Shown here piece by piece: positions 47,907 to 60,526 of a stretch of 64,000 nt of DNA (positions are counted from its first letter, which is position 1; every line of letters starts with the position of its first letter). The notes beneath the pieces are model-generated. The model ran no database searches and was not told where the DNA came from. It saw nothing but the letters and a program-made list of their open reading frames with translations. The stretch is taken from NCBI GenBank assembly GCA_963693365.1, contig CAVNZM010000003.1:13483252-13547251 (forward strand), read 5' to 3'. Position numbers and translations under genes: made by a program. Source of the stretch: Amoebidium appalachense. Its lineage: Eukaryota > Protista > Ichthyosporea.

Positions 47907-48148
47907 GACACACGACGTACACAGACATGCTCACACACACAAACACACAACACACACACACACACATACAGAGAGACACACACACATATGCACACACACG
48001 GTGCATTTCCTCCCCTCCCCTTCAAAAACAACGTTGTAGCTCCATGACATGGATGGGGGTGTTCCCCGGCCCTTAGGGCCACGGATGGCCTGGTTTAGGG
48101 GTGGATGCGCGAAGGATACTATTTATTAGCAGATAATAAAAAGCGACA

Positions 48149-48225
48149 TTTGAATCGATGTGTGCGACTGAATCGATGTGTGTGCGACTGAATCGATGTG
48201 TGTGCGACTGAATCGATGTGTGTGC
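48149..48225. repeat. ~20-bp tandem repeat (TGAATCGATGTGTGTGCGAC) x4
   Basis: Directly visible. Confidence 0.9.
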
Positions 48226-48813
48226 GTGCTACAAGGGGGGTTCTATTCGAGCTACAACGTTGTGTTTTTTTCGTGTGACCCTCGTACTCCAGGGGCACAT
48301 TCACCATTCCCCAATAAACGTTTGGTTATATTTCTCGTGCTAGAGGCTGTTCTGTGGGTAGTTATTGAAAAACCCAAAAATGTCTAGGTAACACATGGAC
48401 ATATACTATGCTACAAGGGGGGTTCTATACGAGCTACAACGTTGTGTTTTTTTCGTGTGACCCTCGTACTCCAAGGGCACATTCACCATCCCCCCCCATA
48501 AACTGTGTTGTAAATGTCTCGTGCTAGAAGCTGTTCTGTGGGTAGTTATCGAAAAAACCAATAATGTGTAAGTAACACATGTACATATATTATGCTACAA
48601 GGGGGGTTCTATTCGAGCTACAACGTTGTGTTTTTTTTGTGTGACCCTCGTACTCCAGGGGCACATTCACCATCCCCCCCATAAACTGTGTGGTAAATGT
48701 CTCGTGCTAGAAGCTGTTCTGTGGGTAGTTATTGAAAAAACCAATAATGTGTAAGTAACACATGTACATATATTATGCTACAAGGGGGGTTCTATTCGAG
48801 CTACAACGTTGTT
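48226..48813. repeat. Continuation of the 183-bp satellite (~3.2 units)
   Basis: Same unit; resumes at GCTACAAGGGG, in register with the break at 43392. Confidence 0.95.
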
Positions 48814-48937
48814 TTTGAAGGGGAGGGGAGGAAATGCACCGTGTGTGTGCATATGTGTGTGTGTCTCTCTGTATGTGTGTGTGTGTGTGTTGTGTGTTTG
48901 TGTGTGTGAGCATGTCTGTGTACGTCGTGTGTGTGTG

Positions 48938-49008
<71 letters not shown>

Positions 49009-49147
49009 GGTGTGTGTGTGTGTCCCGGTGTGCATGTGCGTGCGTGTGTGTGAGTGCATGTTTTTGGAGTGCATGTTTTTGCATTGTGTGCGAGCATGTG
49101 GATGCCTTGGTGAGAACAAGATTGGACGGTGTCGAATGCTGTGTGTG

Positions 49148-49184
<37 letters not shown>

Positions 49185-49356
49185 CTGTGTGTTTTTTTGG
49201 GGGGAGAGGGGTAGTAGGAGGACAAGAGGGGGGAGGGGGGGGGGGGGGGGTGGTAAAGAGTACGAGAGAAAGGGGTAGAATTTCAGACATGTGGAGGCTT
49301 GAGCAAAAGCAGGTTAAGTCCATAATGGGTAAAACCGGCGCTGGAACGAGAGGGAA

Positions 49357-49402
<46 letters not shown>

Positions 49403-49931
49403 GATGATGTGTGCATTCGAGGGTGGCAGCCAAAGAAGCAAAGCATCGCAAAGGACATTGGAATAGAGGGACACAGGACCAAAACAGGATCAATGGGAGA
49501 AGAGGGAAAAAAATTAATAGTTATCGGGGGAGGGATAAGAAGAAATACTGCAAGTAATCGAGGCGAACAGGTATGGGGGGAACCGGGCTGGAAGAAGGGG
49601 GGGGGGGGGGGGGGGGGGGGGGGAGTGAAGGACGAGAGGGTGGGTCACAAGGACAGAGATTATTCAGTACAGACTAAGGCTTCAGCCGGGAAGGGAGGGG
49701 GGGGGGGAGGGGAGAGGAGGGGGTGGGGGGGGTCATAAAAGGACAAGGAAAGGCACCTGGTGATTTCAGCAACCAGTCGAGGCTTGAACAAGAGTAGGTG
49801 AAGTTTGTAACGGTTAGCAAAACTGGTGCTAGAACGAGAGAGGAAACACACAGTGAAACGTAAAAGAGGGTAGAGAGTTGAGAGGAAGAAGGGGAAGTTT
49901 GTGTGTGTGCGTGTATGCATGGGTGGGTGGG

Positions 49932-49970
<39 letters not shown>

Positions 49971-52192
49971 TGTGTGTGTGTGAGTGGTTACACTGGCAGC
50001 GTCCGTGGTGATGGGTTTGGGGGGGAAGGGGGTGAGGGGAGTGAGGGATGTTTCGAAGAAAGAAAAGTATTGCAAGTAACAAGGGGGCATAAAGACATAG
50101 GACTAAAACAAAATGGAGGGGGAGGAGGGGGGGATGCTGTAAACTTTGATGCGTCTCGGGGACGTGTGTAGGGACTGCGAGTTCTCTTAGATTTGCATTT
50201 CAGAATTTTTACTCTATTCCTCCAGGTTTTTTTTATATTTTTTTTAGGGTTGGGTTGGGGGGGGGGGGGGGGGGGGGTTGTCATTACTTTCCTGTATTAT
50301 CCTTTATGCTACTTCAAGTTTTATACCCTACAGCTTACACAGGATGTAGGCTGGTGAAAGGTTTAATGGTAGGACGTTCGGTGACGTTTGTACCACGGAC
50401 CACGGGAACATCTTCCCCAGGAACAGGATTCAAAACAAAGAACTTTTATATTTTGAGGTGCTAAAAACGTGAGGACCACTTGTTATGGCCGTTGCCCTTC
50501 TCAATCTTGGTACGGAAATGCACCCATAATATACTGCAAACGTATTGTATATGACGTGTGTATATCGTACAGGTACTGGTAGTATATTGATAGTACCTCC
50601 TACGTAATGATTTGTTCGCATTCGAACATACTGGCAGTATATACTGAGACTATAACCAATATATGGTGTCCTTAGCTGTGTCCGTATTGGTGACAGTATT
50701 ATAGATGTATTCGTGACATTGCCAATACCACTTGTGCCTTAGATATTCGCAATAGGATAAAAGTTTTCTTGCTATATCATATTTATGTTCTACTAATATG
50801 GATGTGATATGGGTAGGATATGATCTACATAATGTCAGTATATGTCCACCCTAATACAAGGACTACACTCCGAAAATGTTTGTTGAACATGTGTTGGCAA
50901 TACATTCACAATATTGCGACTACATAGGTAAAGTGACCTGATCTTTCATCCCCAATATTTTACCGATATTATTGGCAATAAAATACACGCACCATATTTT
51001 CGGTTGCTTTTACCTATTGATAATAGGTGCATAATAGTCTTGATATTGTGACGGATACATTGGCAATACATTTCGACCGAATTGAGATCCTATTATAATC
51101 ATATTATAACCCTATAACCAATAGCGACATTATGTTTGTATCGGCCATATGGGACATATGGGTTGGGTATATTGCCAATATCCCAAAATGGTCAGAAAAA
51201 TACATTCATAATATATTGGCAATAGTCTTGCCACGTTGGACAATACCCTAATTTGACACAAAATTGTCCTACATTTTATATATTCATAACGTATTGACAA
51301 TACTCCGCAAGCAATAGTATAATACCGAATAAGTACATTGACAATATCGAAATTGTATTGTTAATAGGCACACGTACACGCATTTTGGGATATTGCCAGT
51401 ACATTACTCATACGGTATATAGTTATTGGTGGTAGACCTGACATGGTATGACAATAATATAAAAATATTATGCCGATATTACGTCAATATTACAGTTCTA
51501 TTACATCTATGAAAAACTACTTCGGGACGTGTGTTGCCTCTAGGGGGACATCCCCTTGGACGAAAGTGAACCTGCAATGGTTGTAAACCACGGCAAGCCC
51601 CCAGTCATCAATTTATTGATCCGTGAGGTCCATGTGCCCAAAAAACGGGGGAAGTCTTCGCCCCGTGAAAAAACAGCACGTATGTGTGGATCAATGGGGG
51701 TTGTGTGTGGGTGTAGGTGGGTGGGTGAAAAGGAATATATAGCTGTAAGGCTGTGGATGCTAAACACAGAAGATGTGTTTGTAGCTTGCTGATCTGCCAA
51801 AAACTGTCGTGCTTATATACCTAAGCCTACCGATCTGAGCCAATCAAAAATCGATCTAGTGATATGTGAAATCTGATCCGAGCCAATCATAACTCGGTCT
51901 AGTGATCTGTGGTATCTGATGTTTTGACTGGCTAATAAGTGCCCGTGTGCGGGCAGCCAACCGCTAACTGCTAAAACACGAAATGAAGCCTACATGGTTA
52001 TGTTGGTATCGAACACCCATCCTACGTGTTTACCCAGAAAAATATTTATGTCAATAATTTCCACAAATAAAACCTCTATGAAAAACTACTTCGGGACGTG
52101 TGTTGCCTCTAGGGGGACATCCCCTTGGACGAAAGTGAACCTGCAATGGTTGTAAACCACGGCACAAGAGCAGTATGCTTGCTCCAAAGGTT

Positions 52193-53253
52193 TCACTTAA
52201 GAATAGAGGCGAATACACGTGTGGTGGTGGCAGCAATGGAGGCCGGACGAAGTCGGGTATAGATCAGGAAGCAGTCGGAGGACCACCGGCCGAGTTGTTT
52301 GATCCGGGAGTCGTCGACCCCGGCCTCAGCCAGTGCTGTGGCCCCCCCGATGCGGAGGCTGTGTCCGGCAAACCGGGAGGGTGAGAGGCCTGCCCGGGAG
52401 AGGAGGGCACGGAAATCGGCAGAGAAAGCACTCTTGGTGTAGGGGATGCCACCGAGACTGAAGAGGGGGTCGTCGGGTTGACCGGACGTTGTATCCAGGA
52501 ACTGCCGGAGGAGATGGGCTGGGGAGAAGTGGGTGAGGGGCAGGGCAGCTAGGGTGACGTTGACACCTCGGGCCTGTACATCCGTCTTAGAGGTTGGCAG
52601 GTGGAGGGTGGCATGGGACAAAGTACCGGTGGGGGTGTAGCTGAAGGTCACGTTCTTCCGTTTAACGTGACGGGACGGGTCGAAAGAAGTCAGGGTCTTG
52701 GAGGTAAATTCCCCTGAACGGAGGAGACCACAGAAACCGACGATGAGGGCCGTCCATAGCCGGAGATTGGCCGAGGAGGCCTTGGTGGGGCACTGGCCAT
52801 GGAGTAGGCGGAGGTGGGAGGGGAGGAGGGGTTCCCTGGTGGATGAGCGGGGTCGGATGTTGTGAGAAAGCTGCCATCGGCCTACCCCCCGTAGGAACCA
52901 GGCCAGAGACTTGTCGTGGGGGTAGGGAGCAGGGAGGCCCATGTCGAGGTGGAGCCTGGTGATGGCCGAATTGTAGCCGGTTAAGGAAGAGGCCTGTACC
53001 CCTCGTTGGGCACACCAGGCGAGAAAAAGTTGCACGGTGTGTGGGGAGGCCGGGAGGGAGGACCCGGAGGAGGATTGCAGCCGAGATGCCACACAGAAAT
53101 CGATGAACACTTTTTGCACCCGGGAGTAAAAGGCCCGAGAGTCGAGGTTGAGACTCAGGGCCTGGCATTCCTGCAGGGTAGTGGTGGCTCGAAGCAGCTC
53201 GGCCGGAGCAAAGTGGGGGGCCAATCTGCCAGTGTTGCTCCGGAACGGGAGAT
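52193..53253 (-). CDS. Ngaro-3 tyrosine recombinase (intact R-K-H-R-W-Y set)
   Basis: LLRSGE, SKTD, HSLR, GRW, IYTR. Confidence 0.93.
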
Positions 53254-53258
53254 CTGGG

Positions 53259-53289
<31 letters not shown>

Positions 53290-53292
<3 letters not shown>

Positions 53293-54911
53293 GCCCAAGG
53301 GAAGGGATAGGAACTCGTGGACCCAGGAGGGGAAGGGGCAGGGCTCCGGTTGCAGGGAAGGTCGGAGTCGTCGGGCCCGGGGAAGTTGGTTACGAGAAAT
53401 GGCATCGGCCAGATGGTTGAGGGGTCCTGGTAGGTAGGATGCCTGTAACGTAAATTGGTATTGCATTTCCATGCGGGTGATGAACCGAATAAGTTTGGCC
53501 ATCACGGGGTGGGGGGAAGACCGGGAGTGCAGGTCAGCCACAGCACCCGTGTTGTCGCATAAAATACGGACATGGTGGGTGGACCAGGAGGGGGCCCAGA
53601 GGGCCACGGCGGCTGCGATGGCCAGGAGTTCGATGACGGAAGAACCGAGTTTACCCTCATGAGCATAGAGGGCTTGGGTGGAGGGGGACCAGGGCATGAA
53701 GAACCATTGGTCGAGCCAGTGGCCACCTAGACCCACCGATCCGGCAGCATCAGTGGCCAGGGTGGTGTATGTGCGGGGTGTGATGAGGTGCACCCCATTC
53801 CATGATGTGAGGAACTGGTGCCATTCGGCTATGTCGGCCCGGGCGGCAGCAGTCAGTCGTATGTGGTGGTGGCCGGCAAGGTGTGGGTGGGTCCGGAGAA
53901 GGGCCCATAGGCGCTGGGAGAAGGCCCTCCCGGGGGGAACCAGCTGGGCACACCAGGTGAGTTTGCCGAGGAGGGACTGGAGGTCCCGAATGGTGATGGT
54001 GGGCTTTGGGTGGGAAGTGAGGTCGAGTAGGTCCGAGAGCTTGGAAGCCGGGATTCGTGCCTCCATGGCGATGGAGTCGAATTCGATACCGATGAAGACG
54101 ACACGGGTAGCCGGGACCTGCATCTTGTCTTCGGAGATGGCAATGTGCAGCTCTCGGCAGAGTTGCAGGAAGGTGGATAGGTGACGTTGGCACTGCTGTT
54201 GTGTGGGGGCGACTATAATCCAGTCGTCTACGTAGTGGCGGATGAGGGTAATACCGTGCTGGTGTGCCAGCCACTGTAGGGTGGCCGCGATCCGTTCCCA
54301 GATGGCTGGGCTAGATTTCAGGCCGAAGGGCAGTCTGGTTTCAACGTAAAAATGCCCTTGCCATTTGAATGCCATTAAGTGGTGGTCTTCCGGTCGGATG
54401 GGCATGTGCCGGAAGGCAGCCTGCACATCTGCCACGGCCATGTAGCAGCCGGGGCCTGCGTCGAGAATGAGTTGGGTGACATCCCGGGCGCGAATGTACT
54501 GAAGTTCGTCGGGGTAGGTGATGCTGTCATTGACACTGCTACCCCGGGGCCAGGAGAGGTGGTGGATTCGACGGTACTTGGGGGGGTTCCCTTTCTTGGT
54601 AACGGCGCCGATGGGGGAGGAACGGTGGACGGGAAATTCGTCAAAGAATTGGGCCGGGGAGAGGGGGCCGCGCAGGTGGCCGAGGGCGACTTCTTTGGCA
54701 ATATCCACCGTGATAGCGGCAGCTGCCTCCGGGGTGGTGGGTAGGTTGGGGCCCACCCGAGAGGTGGAGGGGCCGCGATAGCCGATGTCGACGCCGAATT
54801 CGACATCGTGGAGGAGTTGTGCGGCGAATGGTTGGTCCGGGTAGGAGGCCAGCAGTTCCCGGAGGCGGGAGGTGTCAATGTGGTGCTGGGGCAGCGGGCG
54901 GGCCTCCGGGT
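53290..54911 (-). CDS. pol: Ngaro-3 RT/RNase H
   Basis: Intact frame with all RT and RH motifs. Confidence 0.93.
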
Positions 54912-54973
54912 CTGAGCCTCGGGGGAAGGGGGTGGTTAGCAAGGGTGGTGTACCCTTGGGGAGATCCCGGCAG

Positions 54974-55046
<73 letters not shown>

Positions 55047-55442
55047 CAGGGCCCCGGGGGGTTAGAGTAGGGCAGCTGGGCCCAAGTGAGGGTTGGCAGG
55101 GAGGGCAGCGGGGCCCTGTGCAGGGGAATGTGCCCGAGCACGCGGGGGTGTGGGCGGACACAGCGGTAGAAGAAGGGGGGGGGGAGGGAGTGCTAAGTGA
55201 GTGTAAGGGGGGGGGGGAGGCTCGTGGGATCGGGGGGGGGGGAGTAAAATTATGTGCAGTGGCCAGAATAAACGTCTTTGTATAGGGACATTTATTCTTG
55301 ATGCGCGCGGGCGCCGTAGTTGGCCTGCGAAATTTTGCACTCAGCCCTATTGGCCCGTTCTCCCGAGCTCCGTTTCCCTGTACTCGTGTGTCCTAGCTCC
55401 TAACCCCTATGTTCTAGCTGTGTGTGTGGGTGTGCGCGTAGA

Positions 55443-56613
55443 CTAGGCATTGTGCTTGCAGTCTTTGCGGGGGTGTGTGCCAGAGCAGAGCGGGCACACG
55501 TGGGAGAAGGGGCAGGGCTGCTTAGCGCAGGACCGACCGTTAATGTGGAAATTCCTGCAGTGCGTCGCGGGTAGATCCACGGGTCGGGCCGGTTTTGCCG
55601 GGCCGGGTTGCGGGCCAGGGCGGTTAGGGGTGTGACCCCCGCCGGGCTTGTGGGGCGGCTTAAAGCCGTCAAGACCACAGCCGGGCTTGGGGTACATGGG
55701 GCAGGCCGCGCTGGGGTGGTCGGGGAAGCCACAGCGCTGACATGCGTCCTGGATGAGCAGAGTGGGTGGCAGGAGGAGATCCTGGTGGAGTTGGGCGAGC
55801 AGGTTGGGGCACTCGATCGGAGCCCGACCCTGCTGGTGGGCCACGGTGCGGGCGTATACGTCATAGTTGTGGATCTGGGCCCACGGGTATCGGGTGCTGA
55901 GGCGAGTGATGTGCTGAGTCCAAAGTACGTCTTTGTCCGTGGGAAGGCCGAGGTGGTGCTTGGCGGCCATGTAATGGGTCCAAGCTTGGATCCAAATGAC
56001 GAGTGAACGCAGGGGAACGGGTTTGTCTTGGCGAAAAGTCTCGATGCTGCCGTCGTCGGCCATGCGCAGATGCTGACCTTTCTTGGATGGGGCCAGGAGG
56101 GCGGCGGGGGTGAACTTATACAGGTCGACGAAACGATTGGCGCGCAAATCTGCCAGCACATCCGCGGGGGGAAGCGGGAGTGTGCCCGGCTGAATGTCGC
56201 CAGTGTTCTCACCTGTGATGGGGGGCGCGGGCAGGGCAGGCAGGTCAAGGTCAGGGCCGAGATGCAGCCCCGGGGAAACCTCCCCGGGTGTGGAGGGCGC
56301 GGCGGGGGGCGCGGGAGGGTCGCGGTTGGTGAGAGCAGCCAGGACGCCAGCCATCTGGGTGCTGATGGCGCTGAGGGCGGCCAGGACGGTGTCTTGAGAA
56401 GTCATCTGCGGGGACGGCGGGGCCTGAGGGGGGACTTCAGGAGTGGAGGGGGAGAGTAGCCGGCGGGTCCGGGTCCGTGGTGGTATGGGCCGCTGGAGGC
56501 GCGTCAGTGTCCGCGGGAGCGTTGGTCAGCCTGTGGCGGAAGTCGCTGCGGGTCAGGCGCTTAGGTGCCGCGGCAGGGGCGGCGGCTGAGGCCTGGCGCT
56601 TTTTCGGCGGCAT
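55443..56613 (-). CDS. gag: Ngaro-3 gag (one homopolymer frameshift ~56450)
   Basis: MPPKKRQ start at 56613; 320-aa ORF with zinc fingers. Confidence 0.88.
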
Positions 56614-57160
56614 GCTGACCGGCGTAGGGAAAGATAGGGAGAATGAAAAGGAAATTGAAAAGGAATATATAGCTGTAAGGCTGTGGATGCTAAACACAGA
56701 AGATGTGTTTGTAGCTTGCTGATCTGCTAAAAACTGTCGTGCTTATATACCTAAGCCTACCGATCTGAGCCAATCAAAAATCGATCTAGTGATATGTGAA
56801 ATCTGATCCGAGCCAATCATAACTCGGTCTAGTGATCTGTGGTATCTGATGTTTTGACTGGCTAATAAGTGCCCGTGTGCGGGCAGCCAACCGCTAACTG
56901 CTAAAACACGAAATGAAGCCTACATGGTTATGTTGGTATCGAACACCCATCCTACGTGTTTACCCAGAAAAATATTTATGTCAATAATTTCCACAAATAA
57001 AACCCTTCTATAGCGTCTCTACCACAGAAAATCTCTACTCGCAATACATTGGCAATGGATAATTGATATTACTTCAGTATTAATCTGGTGTTTTTACGAT
57101 ATTGGCAATAGATAATAGCCTCACAATATTGGCAATACGACGGGGAAGTTTGCTGATGCA

Positions 57161-57530
57161 CGAGATCCATCAACTCGACATCAGCACGGCCTTCCTCAAC
57201 AGCCCCCTCGACGAGACTTTGTACATGGAGCAACCTCCTGGTTTCATCCTCCGTGGCAACGAACACAAAGTCTGGAAACTCAAGAAGGCCCTCTACGGAC
57301 TCAAACAGGCCTCCCTGGCATGGTACGAGTTCTTCAACTCCATTCTCGTTGCCCACGGCCTCACCCGTCTCCGTTCCGATCCGTGTGTCTACTTCCGTCA
57401 GTTCCCCAACGGGCACATCATCCGTTCGGGCAACTACGTTGATGATGCCATCATCACCTGCACACGGCACTCCACCATCATGCAGGAGCTTGTTCTTCAC
57501 ATCACGACGTCTGCCGAGTGCAAGGTCGGT
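57161..57530 (+). pseudogene. Copia-2 RT continuation
   Basis: HQLDISTAFLN, YMEQPPGF, LKKALYGLKQA, SDPCVY, YVDD. Confidence 0.92.
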
Positions 57531-58002
57531 CTGCCAGACATCTTCTGTCATCTTCACTTGATTCTCAGCAAGACTTAGAAGTTGAGTTTGGTATTTATTT
57601 ATTAGTTGTTGTAGTTTGTTTCCTTTTTCCTTTCTTCATTTCTTTCTTTCTTTTCCGTTTCCGTGTACACGACATCTTAGATCTGTGTACGTATCGACAT
57701 ACTTAGCTCGCGCACACGTATTGTCGTTTGTGTCAAAATCTATATATGTCATCCAATCATATCTCGTTTGTATTTTCCCAAATATAGTAACTTACATTCC
57801 TTTCTCATTCCTTTCCCACGACGTAGCATTGTGCTATGTTCTTCAACTATTAGGAATAATTATATTTAGACGTGTTATGATAAGAACATGTATAAATGTA
57901 TGTTATGAATTAATAGTTACATAAGTGGTTTCATTTTGTTAAATGTTTCCGTGGTTTTATTAGAAGTTTCTTTCATTAGAGGATTGAGTTTTATATTCTA
58001 TG

Positions 58003-58750
58003 TGTCGACAGACATTTTAATCGATATATTTTACACTCATAGTTTTCGTTCTTTTGATTGGTTTATCGTTTCACATTCCCAAGTATAAAAGGGACCTCAT
58101 CTTGAAATAAATCATAAGCAGTCGTATTCACTTCCTATGGTTCCAGAAATCGTTCCTCCTCTCCGGTTGTGTTTTTCCCGTGTGTCTCTGTGTTGTGTAT
58201 ATCATAACACCCATCTGTGCTCTTTGCTTCTCCGTTTACCCACACAAAATAACAGGTTTACGGCCCCTTTGCACGCTAACACACAATCTCGCTACAACCG
58301 CGAAAATCTCTCAGTCTTACTGCTTCAATCATGACTGACAAACCGTCGTATATCAACCTTCCAATATGGAATCCGTCCGAGAAACGAGACGAGAAACGTC
58401 TTAATTATTTCGAGTGGGAGCCACTCATTCACCGGTTCATTAGAACAACCATTGCCGAGAAATTCGTTGACGCTATCAAGAGGCCACAGTGGGTTGACGG
58501 CGCTGAAGCCAGCCAGTGGCTAGGCTACACCACCAAGGACTCCTACAAGAAAGCTTCCGACGTCCTCGACCAGATCCTCAACCAGTCCGTCCACCCGACC
58601 GAGCTCTACGACTCCGGCCGGATGCAAGACGGTGTCCACGGTGGTGAAGTCTTCCACAACCTACGTATGGCGTATGTAGCAGAGAAGGAGGCCCGAGTCA
58701 CCCAGATCCAAGTCACCTTCGAGGAGCTTGAACTACGAGACTTCAACACC
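58003..58750 (+). mobile_element. Copia-3 5' fragment (LTR ~58003-58254, PBS-like GGTTTACGGCCC, gag start)
   Basis: TGTCGAC…AATAACA, TATAAAA at ~58084; the gag N-terminus is homologous to Copia-2 (LNYFEWEP vs LTYYEWEP). Confidence 0.7.
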
Positions 58751-58885
58751 AAGGACTACATCAACAGTGGGGACGTCACTGTCACCTACATCGACACCAA
58801 GAAGAACCTGGCCGACATCTTCACCAAGCCTCTGGCTGGTCCGGCCCACGACATACACCGTGCCAACCTCAGTCTCCGTGACTGA
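58331..58885 (+). pseudogene. Chimeric ORF: Copia-3 gag N-terminus fused in frame to a copia RNase H C-terminus
   Basis: …ELRDFN-TKDYINSGDVTVTYIDTKKNLADIFTKPL. Confidence 0.85.
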
Positions 58886-60479
58886 CCCGTGCACTGGTGT
58901 TCATCATCGAATGGTTTCTGAGTAGGTTGGGGCCCTGGACAGCAGTTGACACACCTACGGTGCTCAAGATGCCTCCCAACGAAAGTCTACTACTCCTCAT
59001 CGTTTCTCTTCATCAGTGGGGACTCTGTCTTACATCGTCATGTGTGTGCATCTTCAGTGGGGATTATTCTCCACCGTCCGTCGTTTATTTATATTCATAT
59101 CCCACCATATATATTGGTTTTCTTCTATATTCGACTTTATATATATGTCGAACTGGGATGGCGACCCAGTATAAATAATTATCTATAGCCTTGCGAGCTG
59201 GTTGACTGCCAGTCTAAACCTAGTCCACGGGATGCACCTTCCCCGTGTCTTAACTGGTTGACAACCAGTCTATAAATCAGTCCACAAGATGTTCATGCCT
59301 TGTGTTTACCTGGGTGGTCCCCAGTATAAAACATTAGCCACCAACACGTCACACATACACTAGTGTTTCCTCTCTATATACATATCGACGATAACCACCA
59401 TGATCTATTGTTCCGAGTCTTCCGAGGCAACCGTCGTTGTGTGCCTCTTCAGTTTTGATTTTCTCCTTCCCACCTCAAGGATCTTCGGTTTGCATCCTCG
59501 AGTGGGGAAACTTGAGTGTGACGGCCCCTCATGTGTTTGGACCTCATCTACCGTCACATCAACAGACACGAGAACACAAACTTCAACCCCTTGAGTGGGG
59601 ATGTTGGAATACGTCACCATGTATGACAGCAAGAGCCTTGAAGTATGTATGTGTCTTAGCTTGTTTGTATTCGTGTCTGCTTTCCTTCTTTGTGCTCTTT
59701 CTCTTTTCTCTCTCTCTCTCTCTCTCTCTCCCCCCCCCCCCCCCCCCCCGTATCTCTCTCTCCCTTGTTTCTGTGAGCACAGATATCTGTAGATCTGTGC
59801 ACACCTGGCTCTCTTGCCTGATAAGAACTTATTGTATTTTATTTCTGTTTGCTCTCCTCTGTTTATCTGAGAGGTAGCGTGATTGGCTAGCTACACTCGT
59901 TGTCTTTCCTTTATTTCAAAATGGCTTAGTTTTGTTCTCAATAGGATGGCTCGCCAATAGTCGCGAGCGAGTACATCTGTAGATCGTGTTGTGCATTCCT
60001 GTCTATTAATATATGTGTGTTGTGATTGGACAATAGATATATATGGAATTCGGTTTATTGCAATGTGTCTTCACTTTGAGAGTGTCGACTATTAGAAAAT
60101 ATATGTATTTAAATGAGTTTCTCTATAGAGACGAATATAACTATATATGTGAGTTAATAGTGACTAGATGTATAATTACTTAATTTATTTAAGTAAGAGT
60201 TTCTAAACTTTAGTTAAGTCGGAAGTTGGAATGCGTATGCTCTGTCGGAATGTGTTTTTCTATCTTCTGATAGAACCGACTGGTTCTCCCTCTTTAGTTG
60301 TGATAAGCTGATAAGTCGCAAGTACAAAAAGAACCGAGAGCACAATAAAGGATCAGTTGTTGTTTGAATCTTTCAATGTCTCGTGAACAACTCCGATTGC
60401 CCTCTCATTAATGTGTTAGTCGTGTTTTACATGACACCTCTGTGCACTCTGCTCCCTTAGACCCGTACAAAACAACAGT

Positions 60480-60526
<47 letters not shown>

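Larger units (their letters stand above)
43393..47907 (-). mobile_element. Non-LTR retrotransposon (LINE), 5'-truncated, inserted in the satellite
   Basis: ORF1 + APE-RT ORF2, (CA)n, A-tract 43589-43729 and 196-bp tail 43393-43588. Confidence 0.92.
51506..57004 (-). mobile_element. Ngaro-3, full-length and the most intact copy
   Basis: A1 ~56655-57004, B1 52075-~52164, A2 ~51727-52074, B2 51506-~51595; no TSD. Confidence 0.95.
33003..57158. mobile_element. 24.2-kb TIR element (CACTA/CMC-like, apparently non-autonomous) with nested insertions
   Basis: Perfect 16-bp TIR CATCAGCAAACTTCCC extends imperfectly to ~30 bp. 2-bp TSD CA. Many TATTGCCAA subterminal repeats in both orientations; internal satellite. 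Confidence 0.88.
29326..60477 (+). mobile_element. Copia-2: 5' LTR 29326-29694 (lacking ~25 bp), gag-pol split by the 24-kb TIR element, 3' LTR ~60083-60477
   Basis: The two LTRs match and end CAAAACAACA. PBS-like GGTTAAAGGCCC. The RT frame rejoins across 33002/57161 as QQD-HEIHQLD. Confidence 0.85.
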
